From an uncultured Gammaproteobacteria bacterium (GTDB lineage Bacteria > Pseudomonadota > Gammaproteobacteria > UBA9214), in contig CAVYZN010000033.1 in NCBI GenBank assembly GCA_963773065.1, forward strand, positions 37,414-101,413: DNA of 64,000 bases, read 5' to 3'. Below are positions 12,740 through 23,483 of this stretch, piece by piece (position 1 is the first letter of the stretch; every line of letters begins with the position of its first letter). The position numbers and the translations under genes are program-made. The notes beneath the pieces are model-generated. The model did not search any database. It was not told where the DNA came from and saw nothing but the letters and a program-made list of their open reading frames with translations.

Positions 12740-13693
12740 ATGATCTCATACACTAACGACAAAACCACCCATGAACTGCTGCTGAAGCGGGTTGGCAAGA
12801 TCCACCTTCAGCAACGGCTTGGTATAGAACAGGACTACGAACAAAGAATCTTTGGACAGGGGCGCAATTTCTTCCACATCGAGAACTGGTATTCCGTCCA
12901 TTCCATTATCAGAAACAGTCTGCGCCTGTTCATGTTACATGGGCGCGGCAGGCGCAATGCGCGCCGGATCGAGATACGACATAACCGTATTAAAGTCGCA
13001 AACCTGCCAAAAGTCTTTGAAGGTTTTACTATTCTGCAGATATCGGACCCGCATCTGGACATGGCGCCGGATTTTCCGCATGCGCTCATCGAAGCGGTGC
13101 GCAGGGTACAGTACGACCTGTGTGTGCTGACCGGTGATTTCCGGGCGAAAACCTTTGGTCCCCATGACGCCGCCATGGATGGCATGCGGTTGATACGCAC
13201 GCACCTGCAGGGGGAGGTCTATGGTGTGCTGGGCAATCATGACACCATCCGGATGGTCCCCGAACTGGAAGCGATGGGTATTCGCATGTTGCTGAATGAA
13301 CATGTGGCCATAGTGCGTGGAGCTGACGGTATTATTCTTGCCGGTATAGACGACCCACATTATTACCAGGCCGATAATCTGGAGAAGGCAGCGGATACCA
13401 TTCCCCCGGGCATGATTTCGATCCTGCTGGCGCATTCACCGGAAATTTACCGGCATGCGGCTCATGCTGATTTTGACATCATGCTGTGCGGACATACCCA
13501 TGGTGGCCAGATCTGCCTGCCGGGTGGTTTACCCCTGATATGCAATGCACGTTGCCCGCGCGCGTACTGCAACGGAGCATGGTCCTACAACAGTCTGCAC
13601 GGCTATACGTCCGCGGGTTCCGGCTCCTGTATCGTCGATGTCAGGCTCAATTGCCCGCCGGAGATCACCCTGCATCACCTGCACCGCCACTGA
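12740..13693 (+). CDS. Calcineurin-like metallophosphoesterase (YkuE-like)
   Basis: SDPH, TGD, GNHD, LAHSP and GHTHGGQ motifs. Confidence 0.88.
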   Translation: MISYTNDKTTHELLLKRVGKIHLQQRLGIEQDYEQRIFGQGRNFFHIENWYSVHSIIRNSLRLFMLHGRGRRNARRIEIRHNRIKVANLPKVFEGFTILQISDPHLDMAPDFPHALIEAVRRVQYDLCVLTGDFRAKTFGPHDAAMDGMRLIRTHLQGEVYGVLGNHDTIRMVPELEAMGIRMLLNEHVAIVRGADGIILAGIDDPHYYQADNLEKAADTIPPGMISILLAHSPEIYRHAAHADFDIMLCGHTHGGQICLPGGLPLICNARCPRAYCNGAWSYNSLHGYTSAGSGSCIVDVRLNCPPEITLHHLHRH

Positions 13694-14157
13694 CGGTCTC
13701 ACGCAGTCTGGAACTCAGCCAATCGATTGCCACGAAAACGAGCAGGACTATACAGGCTTCCTGGACCGTTTCCCCCAACACGGGATGCATCACCCCTAAC
13801 GGCAACAGTGTCTCGGGCAATTGGTCGAGCAGTGGCGCCGAGTGACTGCTCGCAATTCCGAGACGGCGCTTGATAAAACTCGAAACCAAGTCTCCGCACA
13901 TCGCCAGCAGTGCGAAGAGCGCACCCTGGCCGGCCGACAGACTCGAATAGGGGTGCCATCAGGGCGGTCAACAGTAGGGCGCTAATTATCCCGCGGATAG
14001 TCTTGGCCGGGCCCAGTAATGGTCGCCCGTCGATGAAGCGCAAGTTACCGTCGAGCGGCTGATTGAGGCACTGCCGCAATAACAGACTGGCAAGTACCGG
14101 CGCCCCGTTGGTGAGTACCAGCAGCAGCGTGAGTTCAATGACGATGTGAGTGCGCAC
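13665..14157 (-). CDS. CDP-archaeol synthase (CarS/DUF46)-like membrane cytidylyltransferase, frameshifted
   Basis: NGAPVL...PLDG...DGRPLLGPAKTIRG and GDLVSSFIKRRLG...PLLDQ signatures in two frames. Confidence 0.75.
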
Positions 14158-14253
14158 GGTGAATTATCAGGCATCAGACCAAGTGACTGTCTAGAGTAAC
14201 CTGTAACTGGCTTGATGTAATCCGGACACCGTGCGTTCCCGCTGGAAGCAGGC

Positions 14254-14278
14254 AAAAAAAACCCGCTGTGGCAGCGGG
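14254..14278 (-). terminator. Rho-independent terminator
   Basis: CCCGCTG/CAGCGGG stem followed by a T-run on the minus strand, downstream of the ORF ending 14300. Confidence 0.6.
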
Positions 14279-14299
14279 GGTAAAAGGAGGTTTGTTGGG

Positions 14300-14494
14300 C
14301 TAACCTTCGAATATCATTTGCTGCATATCCGTTATGTACTGCCGTTGTTGTTCGGCCCATTTCCGAAAGCGTGGGTCGTTGGATGCAGCGCGTTGGAGCT
14401 CATCGATCTGGCGGTGCACTTCTTCGAAGCGCTGCGCCTGTTCAATCTTGTCCAGACACGCCAACTCGTGAACATCAAGAGTAATGTTTTCCAA
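14300..14494 (-). CDS. Small helical hypothetical protein (start uncertain)
   Basis: 3' part of ORF 14300..14782 (LENITLDVHELACLDKIEQ...); followed by a terminator. Confidence 0.45.
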   Translation of the reverse strand: MENITLDVHELACLDKIEQAQRFEEVHRQIDELQRAASNDPRFRKWAEQQRQYITDMQQMIFEG

Positions 14495-15057
14495 GGTGAT
14501 CGTTCCTCCAAACAAGACAGGACCAATGACGAATACGATTACGCCTCTATCCGCGAATCCTGTCAACCACAATAGATTGACGCGATTTTTTATTCTGGAT
14601 GAGGGGAAAACTGTAGGCAGCTGATAACACGTGTATATAGATAATGGGTAATTTTTATATATTCGAAACTCGCCAGATAATTTTTTTAAATATTCTGTTT
14701 GCCAGCAATCAGACATTGTGCATCGCCGCTTCACGAGATTGGCATGTACATCACAACTATATAAATCAAACAGGAAATTCATTTAAAGACCCACGGGTGC
14801 CATAAGGGTGTTGCCAGGGTCGTTACAGAACATTTAATCAACCAACCGCACAGCATCAGGTGGTTGCACAAAGGCATCAGGCTACACGAATGATTTGAGA
14901 GTAATTCGATAACCGCTTGTTATAGTAAGATGTCAGGATAGGTTGGTAAATAATAAAATTAATGCTTGCTTATTTAAGTAGTATTCTTATACTATACTTG
15001 CTGTCCTTAACAGACTCTTTGATTTGTACGTTCACTTATCCAACTGGAGATTCGATC

Positions 15058-15422
15058 ATGAAAAAGATTGCGACTATTGTTTCTGCTGCCACGCTGGCAG
15101 TTGCTTCTGCCTCAGCTTTCGCCTGGGGGGGCTGGGGTCCGTGGGGTGATAGCGGTTATGGTGATGGCTGGGGTGATGGTTGGGGCGACGGTTCCGGCGA
15201 TTTCAACATGAGCTTCAGCGGTGGCGGTCATGGTTATTGGTCGTGGTTACGGCCGTGGCTATGGTAACGGCTATGGTTATGGCTATGGCGGTTATGGCCC
15301 CTATGGTTATGGCGCTCCGTACGGCTACGGCGCTCCGTACTGGCGCTCCTTATGGTGCTCCTTACGGCGCTCCTGGGTATGCTCCTCCGGCGGCTGCCCC
15401 TCAGGCCACTGAAAGCAAGTAA
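15058..15422 (+). CDS. Sulfur globule envelope protein (SgpA/SgpB family), frameshifted
   Basis: Signal peptide MKKIAT...ASAFA, then [26 protein letters not shown] and repeated YGAPYG; GGAGA RBS. Confidence 0.85.
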
Positions 15423-15444
15423 GTAATCCTTACTCGCCGCGAAT

Positions 15445-15480
15445 AAAACGGGGGCGGCTCATTGAGCCACCCCCGTTTTT
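15445..15480 (+). terminator. Rho-independent terminator after sgp
   Basis: AAAACGGGGGCGGCTC-ATT-GAGCCACCCCCGTTTTT hairpin. Confidence 0.8.
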
Positions 15481-15523
15481 CATTTCCAGTGTCGGAAATT
15501 CATCGGATTGACGAGGCATAGCA

Positions 15524-16352
15524 ATGAAAAAGGCCATGCTTGCATTTCTGTTACTCCTAGGCGGGCTTGTACACATCTGCGCCGCGCGCAGACGTACTGG
15601 TATTGGTTCACGGCTATTTGAGCGGGGCACAATCCTGGGATGCCAGCGGTATCACCGCCGTGCTGGATCGCGCCGGTTGGCGTCGTGCCGGTGTTTTTGC
15701 CGCGGGCCGTGCGGGAATAGCAGTTGATCCCGGCACCGGGTCGCGAAGCCCGGCATAAGGTCTATGTCGTCGACCTGCCATCGGAAGCACCGATGCTGAT
15801 ACAGGCTTACCAGTTGCGGCAGATCCTGCAAGCCATCAACCAGACAAATCCTGGTGAGCCGGTTGTCCTGGTCGGTCACTCTGCCGGCGGAGTGGTCGCA
15901 CGTGCCGCGCTGGTGCGTGGTGGCGCAAAAAACGTCAAGGCGCTGATCACCATCGCCAGTCCGCATCTTGGAACCTATCGTGCCGAACAGGCGCTGGATG
16001 CAACGGATATCCCGTTTCCTTTCTCGATAGTCACGGATTTCTTCGGCGGTGAAGCCTACGATACCGCCAGGAGGTCACGCAGTCTGTATGTGGATCTGGT
16101 ACGGCCCCGCCCGGGTAGCTTTGCTGTTCTGGTTGAACAATCGAACCCCACCCGGCTATACAGTATTTCTCCATCGTCCGTAGTGAGACAACGGTCATGT
16201 CCGGTGATTATGTCGTGCCTGGCTATAGCCAGGATATGAATAATGTCCCTGCATTGCGCGGCAAATCATCCCGCATAGCGATCGGAACCCAGCATGAACT
16301 CGAAATGCTGGACGGAAGCGTCATCGTAAATTTGCTTGCCAACATGAAATAG
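15524..16352 (+). CDS. Secreted alpha/beta hydrolase (esterase/lipase, PGAP1-like), frameshifted
   Basis: Signal peptide; VLVHGY; GHSAGG nucleophile elbow; TIASPHLG. Confidence 0.8.
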
Positions 16353-16855
16353 CCTCGTTCGCGCCCCGTGTTTTACGGGTATCGCGCATTAATAACCTTC
16401 GGGATGATACTCTCCCTTTCGTATTGCCGGTATGACCCTGGCGGAATCGCACTACGGGTTCTGCGGCGTATATTTTGAACCGGGATTTGTCAATTCCTTC
16501 TCTGTTCCCTTCTGGTCGATAGTCGTGATATTTCCGTGATCATGAGCGGGACGGAGTCCGCCATGTTCTATTTCCGGAGAAATTCCGTTATCCTGGTTTT
16601 AGCCGATATCTTTGGTGGTTTGCCCATTGCTCCTGATAATCAAACCAGCGTCAGCAGGTTGTGAAATCGTCTGGCGAGTGGGTTAGAGTCCTGATAAAAA
16701 AGTCACCGGCCGATGAATAGCACGGAATGGTTTTTCTGATGTGAATCTCGTTGAGCTGTTCCGGCGCCAGCCTATTGGATAATCGTAATTAATTGAGTTA
16801 TAAATGAAAGTATGCACAATGGCCGGAGGCTGATCCGGGCCGTAGAGGAGGTGGC

Positions 16856-17607
16856 TTGGTGGTCCGATTGATTGCCTTGTTGTTATGGCGGGTCATTGCC
16901 TGGGTGGAGTTGGCGATCTTCACACTGATCCTGTACCTGTTGTCTTTCTGCCCGGCGTGTTGCGTCCCTTTTACTATTCTCTGTTTCGCTTCTGGTGTCG
17001 CAGCTTTGCGCGTGCGCTGGGCGTGGATCTGCGGCTGCACCAGAAAAATACCCGTGCCTTACCGAAGCACTATATTCTGATCGCCAATCATCCGTCCGCG
17101 TTTGAAGACATCGGTATACCGGCATTGTTCCCGGTTCATTCGCTGGCCAAGATCGAGGTCAGGCGACTGGTGGCTGGTCGGGCGCATCAGTTGCGCATCC
17201 GGCACGTTATATGTCCACCGTGAATCGCGTGAATCACGCAATGCGGCCGCCGCACTGATAGAGAGCGGAACTGCGTCAGGGAAAAAATATTGCCTTGTAT
17301 CCCGAGGGTGGCTGCAAGGGACGCCGCATCTTTGAATCATTCCGCTATGGCGCGTTTGACATCTCATTGCGCACGGGGATACCCATACTCCCAGTGTTTC
17401 TTCATTATGAGTCCCAGGACGATTTCGAGTGGCGGGCACCCCAAACCCTGCTGCACAAACTCTGGCACATGATGAGGACACAGAATAGCCGTGCGAACTA
17501 TTACGTCTATGACGCGATCGACCCGGCCGGCATTTACCGACAAGGAGACCTATGCCGAATTCGTCCACAACAAATATCTCGAATGGCAGTCCCGCTACCT
17601 TGACTGA
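16856..17607 (+). CDS. Lysophospholipid acyltransferase (PlsC family), frameshifted
   Basis: ANHPSAFED (HX4D) and YPEGG motifs. Confidence 0.8.
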
Positions 17608-17757
17608 CGTCGGGCGCAGTGCCAAGGGTCGATTGCTTGGGGGAGTGAGTAAACAGATGACATGTGCACATGATACAGTGGCCTCAAGCTGGCACGGGCA
17701 AACGGTCCGTCACGCCCCGTTCTGATTCCATGCTGATGTAATCGGGAATTTCATTGC

Positions 17758-20127
17758 ATGAAACTCCGCTCCCAGATCTTTCTGTTCCTGTTCCTGTTCG
17801 GTCTGGTACCCCTGTTTGCGGCGGTAGTCATCAATGTACCGCTGGTTTTTGAACGTATCGAATCACTTTATCACAAGGCGTATTTGCAGAATCTCAGGGC
17901 TGGCTTCAGTGATCTTGACCAGCATCTTGCCCGGCGCCATGAAACGGTACGCCTGCTGGCCAAATTCCCCGAGCCCGGCTATGCTGCTTCCGACAAGGAG
18001 ACGAAAAAGGACGGCGACATTGATATCAAGTCAGCTCGCTCCGGCTATGTGGACTGGATCAACGAGGTACTGTTCGATCAGCTCGATGTTATCCGGGTAC
18101 TGTTCATTAACGATACCGGCAAGGTTGAATACTGGCTGGAGCGTGACAATGCCTCGGGCCGGATCGAACCGCGCGACGGGACGGCGGCTTATCAGAATCC
18201 GGAATTTATCAAGGCCGGACAGAAGCTGCGACCGGGATCCGTGTTGACGGGGCCGATCGTGTTCGACAGCGCTGCCGGCGATGCGGCGCCGAATAAGTTC
18301 ATGCAGCTCGGTTTCGTCAGTCCGATCGTCACGATGTTTTCTTCCGAAACAGTGCATTTCGAAGATAAACGCGGCGTGGTCATCGTATATCTGGACGTGG
18401 GCGGACTGGCCAGTGCCTATCGCGGTATTTACTGGGCGTTCAGTGATGGCCGTTATCTCCATGTCGGTGACAGTCAGCCGGAGACTTCCAATGCATTCAA
18501 GGATTTCCCTGGAGCTGCAAGATCTTTTCGCCAAGGGGGAACTGGGACTCTGGGAATACAGGGGCCAGCAGGTTCTCTGGGTGCCGCTGTTTCGTCACCG
18601 AGAAATCAGGGCCATTGTGGGTTGGCCGCAGTGTCGATCCCTCGCCGATTGTAAAACTGCGTAATGCGATCGAGTTCCGCGTGGTAACCATCGTACTCGG
18701 ACTGCTGGCCGTCGTTCTGGTTATCGCGCGCCTGATTGCTTTGCGAGCCGAACGCCTGGGGCGTGAACTGACCGAAGGGATATCACGGGTCATGGAGTAT
18801 AATGAGGTCGTTCATTTTACGTGGCGGCGCCCAGAGGAACTTCGTGCATTGGGTGAGAACCTTACCCGTCTGGCCGAGACGAATGCGGAACACAGCAGGG
18901 CGCTGCACGATTATGCCCGTGAACTCGAGGAAACAAACCGCTTCAAGTCGGAATTTCTTGCCAATGTCAGTCATGAGCTGCGTACTCCGCTGAATTCAAT
19001 CCTGCTGCTGTCGAAAATGCTCGCCGACACCAACAAGGGAAGGAACGCCGCCGAAGACACCAAGCAGGCGCAGGTGATCCATGATGCCGGAACCGACCTC
19101 AAGGCGCTGATAGACAATATCCTCGACCTGTCGCGGATCGAAGCGCGTCAGATGACATTGATGCGTGAACGCGTGAACCTGCGCGCGGTGCTGGAAGGCG
19201 TTCTTGAACTGCTCAAGCCACAATATGACGAAAAAGGGCTGAGTCTGGCGCTTGAGATCGATGCCGGCGCGCCCCAGTTCATTCAAACCGACAGGGAAAA
19301 GCTCAGGCGGATCCTGATCAACTTCCTTTCCAATGCGGTGAAATTTACCCGCGAGGGCGGGTGTCTCGGTGCGGTTGCTATCCGCCACCGACGCGATGGA
19401 TGGCAAATATGCCGTGTGTATCCGGGTGACTGATACGGGTATCGGGATACCCGCTGACAAGCAGGAAATAATATTTCAAGCATTCAAGCAGGCAGATGGT
19501 TCAACCAGCCGCCGTTTCGGCGGTACCGGACTTGGATTGACCATCAGTCGTGAGCTGGCCTCGCCTCATGGGCGGTGAAATCCAGGTCGAGAGCCAGCCG
19601 GGGGCGGGCGCGACATTTACCTTGCTGCTGCCGGAAACCATGCCGGAACGTCATGAGGTTGAGAAATATGAACCACCGGCTTGCGGGCAGTACCCAGGAC
19701 AAGACATCAGCGGCGGCCATTCCCGAGGCGGATTACCCGGGCACCCGTGTGCTGCTGGTTGATGATGACATGAGAAACCTGCTGGCGCTTACCCCGCTGC
19801 TGGAGCGCTGGGGGATTACGGTCATGGCGGCCGGTGACGGCCATGAGGCGCTGGAGACGCTGGAGACTGGGGGTGATTTTGATCTCGTGCTGATGGATAT
19901 TATGATGCCGGAACTGGACGGCAATGAAGTCACCCGGCGAATCCGGAGTCAGGCCGAGATTCGCGCATCTGCCGGTGATCGCATTAACGGCGCGTGCCGG
20001 TGGCGATGACCGCCGCAACAGCCTGGAAGCCGGTGCGAACGACTGTCTCATCAAGCCGGTCGATCCGCAGGATCTGAAAACAATGCTGGACAATTACCTG
20101 GCCAAAAGAAACGACGGGGGTGAGTAA
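17758..20127 (+). CDS. Membrane hybrid sensor histidine kinase with C-terminal receiver, frameshifted
   Basis: Two TM segments; [15 protein letters not shown]-box, NAVKFT, DTGIGI, GTGLGL; receiver VDDD...LMDIMMP...KP. Confidence 0.88.
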
Positions 20128-20993
20128 TGACGCGTTATGCCGGATTCCGTGTGCTGATAGTCGATGACAATGAAAACAATCTGTACACCCTGCGTGCCCT
20201 CATCAATAAACATATGGATGTCGAGGTGCTCCAGGCATCATCTGGACAGGCTGCAATCGACAGCGCGCTGAATGATCCCCGCATCGACCTGATTATTCTC
20301 GATGTCCAGATGCCCGAGATGGACGGATTCCAGACGGCCTCCATGCTCAAGGTCCGGCAGAGAACGAAGGATATCCCGATCATCTTTCTGACCGCGGCGT
20401 ATAAAACGGACGAATTCCAGAAGAAAGGCTATGTGGTCGGTGCGGCGGACTATCTGCTCAAGCCGATCGACGACAACCAGTTGATCAACAAGATCAGCAC
20501 CTATCTGCGGCTGATTGAAAAAGAGCGCGAGATGAACCGCCGGCTGGAGGGGTTGGTGGCGGAGCGCACCCGGGAATTGCAGCTTGCCAAGCATTACCTG
20601 GAAAATGTCATCAGTCATATGGGCGAGGCGCTGCTGCTATTGGAACCATCGGGCAAGATCAAGGCCGCGAATCCTGCCGCCTGCCGCATGCTAGGTTATG
20701 GTGAAGGCGACCTGGTAGGCATGTTGATCGGCGATGTATTTGAAGAGGAAGAGCAGGAACAGGCCAAGGCCTTCATGGGGACTTGGCTTGAAGCGTTGAT
20801 ACGCACCGGAACCATCAGCCGGATCGATGCCAGTTTCATCGCCAGGGACCAGCGACGGGTGCCTATCCTGTTCTCGAGGACTGCGATTATGAACGACGCC
20901 GGCGAAATTACTGATATCATCTGCATTGCCAAGGATATGACGGGCTATACGCGTGTTGGCGATGAACCCGCCCGGGACCTGAAACGGCTATGA
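20127..20993 (+). CDS. Response regulator (REC + PAS, no output domain)
   Basis: LIVDD...LDVQMPEMDG...LTA...KP receiver, coiled-coil, then PAS (ANPAACRMLGY...CIAKD). Confidence 0.85.
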   Translation: MTRYAGFRVLIVDDNENNLYTLRALINKHMDVEVLQASSGQAAIDSALNDPRIDLIILDVQMPEMDGFQTASMLKVRQRTKDIPIIFLTAAYKTDEFQKKGYVVGAADYLLKPIDDNQLINKISTYLRLIEKEREMNRRLEGLVAERTRELQLAKHYLENVISHMGEALLLLEPSGKIKAANPAACRMLGYGEGDLVGMLIGDVFEEEEQEQAKAFMGTWLEALIRTGTISRIDASFIARDQRRVPILFSRTAIMNDAGEITDIICIAKDMTGYTRVGDEPARDLKRL

Positions 20994-21057
20994 CAATGTG
21001 CTTGCAACCCGGGTTGTGCCCGGTACACTTTGCGAAGGATTACGTGTGGAGCACCCG

Positions 21058-21390
21058 ATGGAAGATTTAGAACCAGATCAGGCACCTGAAGAGGATATCA
21101 CGCTGACCGCGGATGCCCTCAAGGCGATGGGGCATCCATTACGGTGGAAAATCCTGTGTACACTGGGTAACAAGGAGATGTCCGTTGGCGAGATCGTCGA
21201 GAAAATCGGCACCTCTCAAAGCAATGTATCGCAACACCTGGATCAGCTTCGCAATAAGAATATAGTGTCATCCAGGCGTGATGCCAATCGGATCTATTAC
21301 CGCGTCAGGAATGACCAGTTGCTGGAACTGATCGGGACCATGCGCTCCGTGCTTTGTCGCACAAACCTTGATGACCTGATGTCGGAATAG
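21058..21390 (+). CDS. ArsR/SmtB repressor, BigR/SqrR-like (two-Cys)
   Basis: LKAMGHPLRWKILC, SQSNVSQHL HTH and C-terminal VLC. Confidence 0.85.
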   Translation: MEDLEPDQAPEEDITLTADALKAMGHPLRWKILCTLGNKEMSVGEIVEKIGTSQSNVSQHLDQLRNKNIVSSRRDANRIYYRVRNDQLLELIGTMRSVLCRTNLDDLMSE

Positions 21391-21659
21391 TTGTTTGGTC
21401 TAATCGAGACGAGAACCCGGGGACCGGTCAGAAGGAGCCGCCTCCCTGTTAGGATTTTTAGGGAAATGAGCTGCTCGCCTGTCTTAGGCGGCAGGCGACC
21501 AGCATCATAGCCAGCGGCAACCACCGCAAACCCATAGGGAGCGCCGTAAAATCGTGAACATTCATTCTCGACACTCCCGCCATGATCGCTGCGGTCACCT
21601 GAACCCGCCGGACACCCTGGTCTTCATTCAGGATAAACGCGCCATATCATCGATACCCT

Positions 21660-22070
21660 ATGGGAAAGCCGGCAAAAAAACTCCTGTTCTCGATCGTGGA
21701 ACTCGGCGGCTATCCGAACTTCGCTCCGCTCTATGAGGAACTCGGGTATGTGGTAGCGGTGGAAAATTCCATGCGCAAGGCCATCGGATTTCTCAAGAAG
21801 ACGAAACCGGCGGTGATCGTGGCGGAATTCAATTTTCAGTCTGATTTCCGCGATCGCACGAGCAGTCTGGAATCACTGCTGGCCGTGGTGCAGCGATTGC
21901 CGGAGACGAAAGTCATTGTGTTCTACGACAGGGAGTATTTGCCCCAGTTTGAAAAACTGTGCGCACGCTTGCCGGTGCATGCCGCGATCGCATTTCCCAT
22001 CGAAGTGCAGGAACTGAGATCATGTCTTGAGGAAGTGGCGGCGCGAGAGGCATCAGGCATTGACGCCTGA
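21660..22070 (+). CDS. Conserved hypothetical protein (receiver-like fold suspected)
   Basis: Clean 136-aa ORF with alternating beta/alpha pattern; no canonical phospho-Asp motif. Confidence 0.65.
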   Translation: MGKPAKKLLFSIVELGGYPNFAPLYEELGYVVAVENSMRKAIGFLKKTKPAVIVAEFNFQSDFRDRTSSLESLLAVVQRLPETKVIVFYDREYLPQFEKLCARLPVHAAIAFPIEVQELRSCLEEVAAREASGIDA

Positions 22071-22145
22071 TTCAAAACGTGTTTAGAGTGGTTTAACCTG
22101 ATGACCATCGATCCTAACTCACAAGGAGATAGCCAGAGATGAGGC

Positions 22146-22880
22146 ATGCTTACTGTACTATTCCGGTTCCGCGATACGGCAGCAGGACCGGAACTTCGCT
22201 GGCTAGGGGTGGGTGGATGGCCCTCCTTGCGTTATTTCTGCTGGCGTACCGCGATGCCACCCCCGGTATCGGCCTCGGAGTTCAGGGTGCGCGTCTTCGA
22301 ACGGGGCGGCAATCAACCGCTTTCAGGGGTATCGGTCTGCCTGGGGACGCCGGCAAACATCATGCAGTTCGGAGCTGACCAGACCGACGGGGAGGGTTAC
22401 GCGGTTTTTGCCGACGTTCCCCGCACACCTCTGCTTATTACCGCCTCGAAATCCGGTTACAAGGGGGAACAGCAATCTCTGGTGACCTCTACTATCGAAC
22501 GCCTGCTGGTTATATCACTGCCGACCGGTGGCGGGGGTCCGCTGTGTACGGCAACCGGCAGCCGCGCCATGACGGACACAGGCGGTCTGCGGATCGGTAA
22601 TTTCAGCATCAACAATGGCGCCGCCGTGTCGTCAGACAGGCAGGTGCATCTTAATCATGCTGTGAGCGGGCGTCCGAATCAATTCCGGGCCAGCGAGGAC
22701 CCGGATATTTCCACAGCCCCGTGGCTGACGTATAGCGCCGATCCCGTTTTTGTACTCAGTCCGGAGGTCGGCACGAAGACGGTTTATTTCCAGGTACGCC
22801 GGTATTCGACGATTAATGGCGCCGATATCCAGACACTCTCCCCAGTAGTGCATGACTCCATAATTCTGCAGGGCCGATGA
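22146..22880 (+). CDS. Exported protein with carboxypeptidase-regulatory-like (Ig-type) domain
   Basis: VRVFERGGNQPLSGVSV...TDGEGYA.F...ITASKSGY; signal region probably frameshifted. Confidence 0.6.
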   Translation: MLTVLFRFRDTAAGPELRWLGVGGWPSLRYFCWRTAMPPPVSASEFRVRVFERGGNQPLSGVSVCLGTPANIMQFGADQTDGEGYAVFADVPRTPLLITASKSGYKGEQQSLVTSTIERLLVISLPTGGGGPLCTATGSRAMTDTGGLRIGNFSINNGAAVSSDRQVHLNHAVSGRPNQFRASEDPDISTAPWLTYSADPVFVLSPEVGTKTVYFQVRRYSTINGADIQTLSPVVHDSIILQGR

Positions 22881-22999
22881 CACAAGAATCAGTCGCGGAA
22901 CGTACACATGAATGCCCGGTTTTTATGGGAGCCACACCGGGTATTCTCACGGTGTTCTGTTTTTGAAATCCTTGGCGCCTCGGCGGTGAAGAATTCGGG

Positions 23000-23411
23000 C
23001 TAGAAGACCGGTTCCTCGAGATTGTAATCAAGCGTTTTCTCGGCAAGGATTTTACCGTGTTGCAGCCATGATAACCACGGTCCAGGATCCGGGCCGATCC
23101 GGTGTCAGGACCTTGCTTGACCAGACACGAGAGCGCGGACCATCGACATGGAACCGAGCCTCGCTTACCACCTCGCCTCTGTATTCCCATCTGTGTGTTA
23201 CGACCTGGCCTGGGAGGTTCCTGAATTCGGTAAAGCAGAAAATCCGCTCTATCGACCCATTGAGTTCGGTCAGATTATCCACCGGCTCCTGGTCCTCAAT
23301 GGCGGTGGTGAATTGTGCGCGTGCCAAGGGATTGCCGCCCGGGGACGGGTCAGCGGCGTAGATGGTTGCTGCAAGGAGAAGGGGAATGACAGTGACCAGA
23401 GTCCTGTACAT
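23000..23411 (-). CDS. DUF2914 domain protein, 3' frameshift
   Basis: Signal peptide; RAQFTTAIEDQEPVD, FTEF, VTHRW and RVWSSK...GSWTV. Confidence 0.75.
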
Positions 23412-23483
23412 GTCGAAAGACCATCACATTTGACAGTGCTTACATCAAAGCACGATGGCCGCGCTGGGTCTGTGATGCGAATC

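Noticed and set aside
15230-15380. Short tandem repeats suggesting CRISPR or VNTR
   Set aside because: They encode the GYG/GAPY repeats of the sulfur globule protein. No repeat-spacer array or cas gene is present in the window.
16600-16630. c-di-GMP-I riboswitch (GGGCAAACC on the minus strand)
   Set aside because: The GAAA tetraloop and GACGCAAA elements are missing; the sequence reads better as RBS + ATG GGC AAA.
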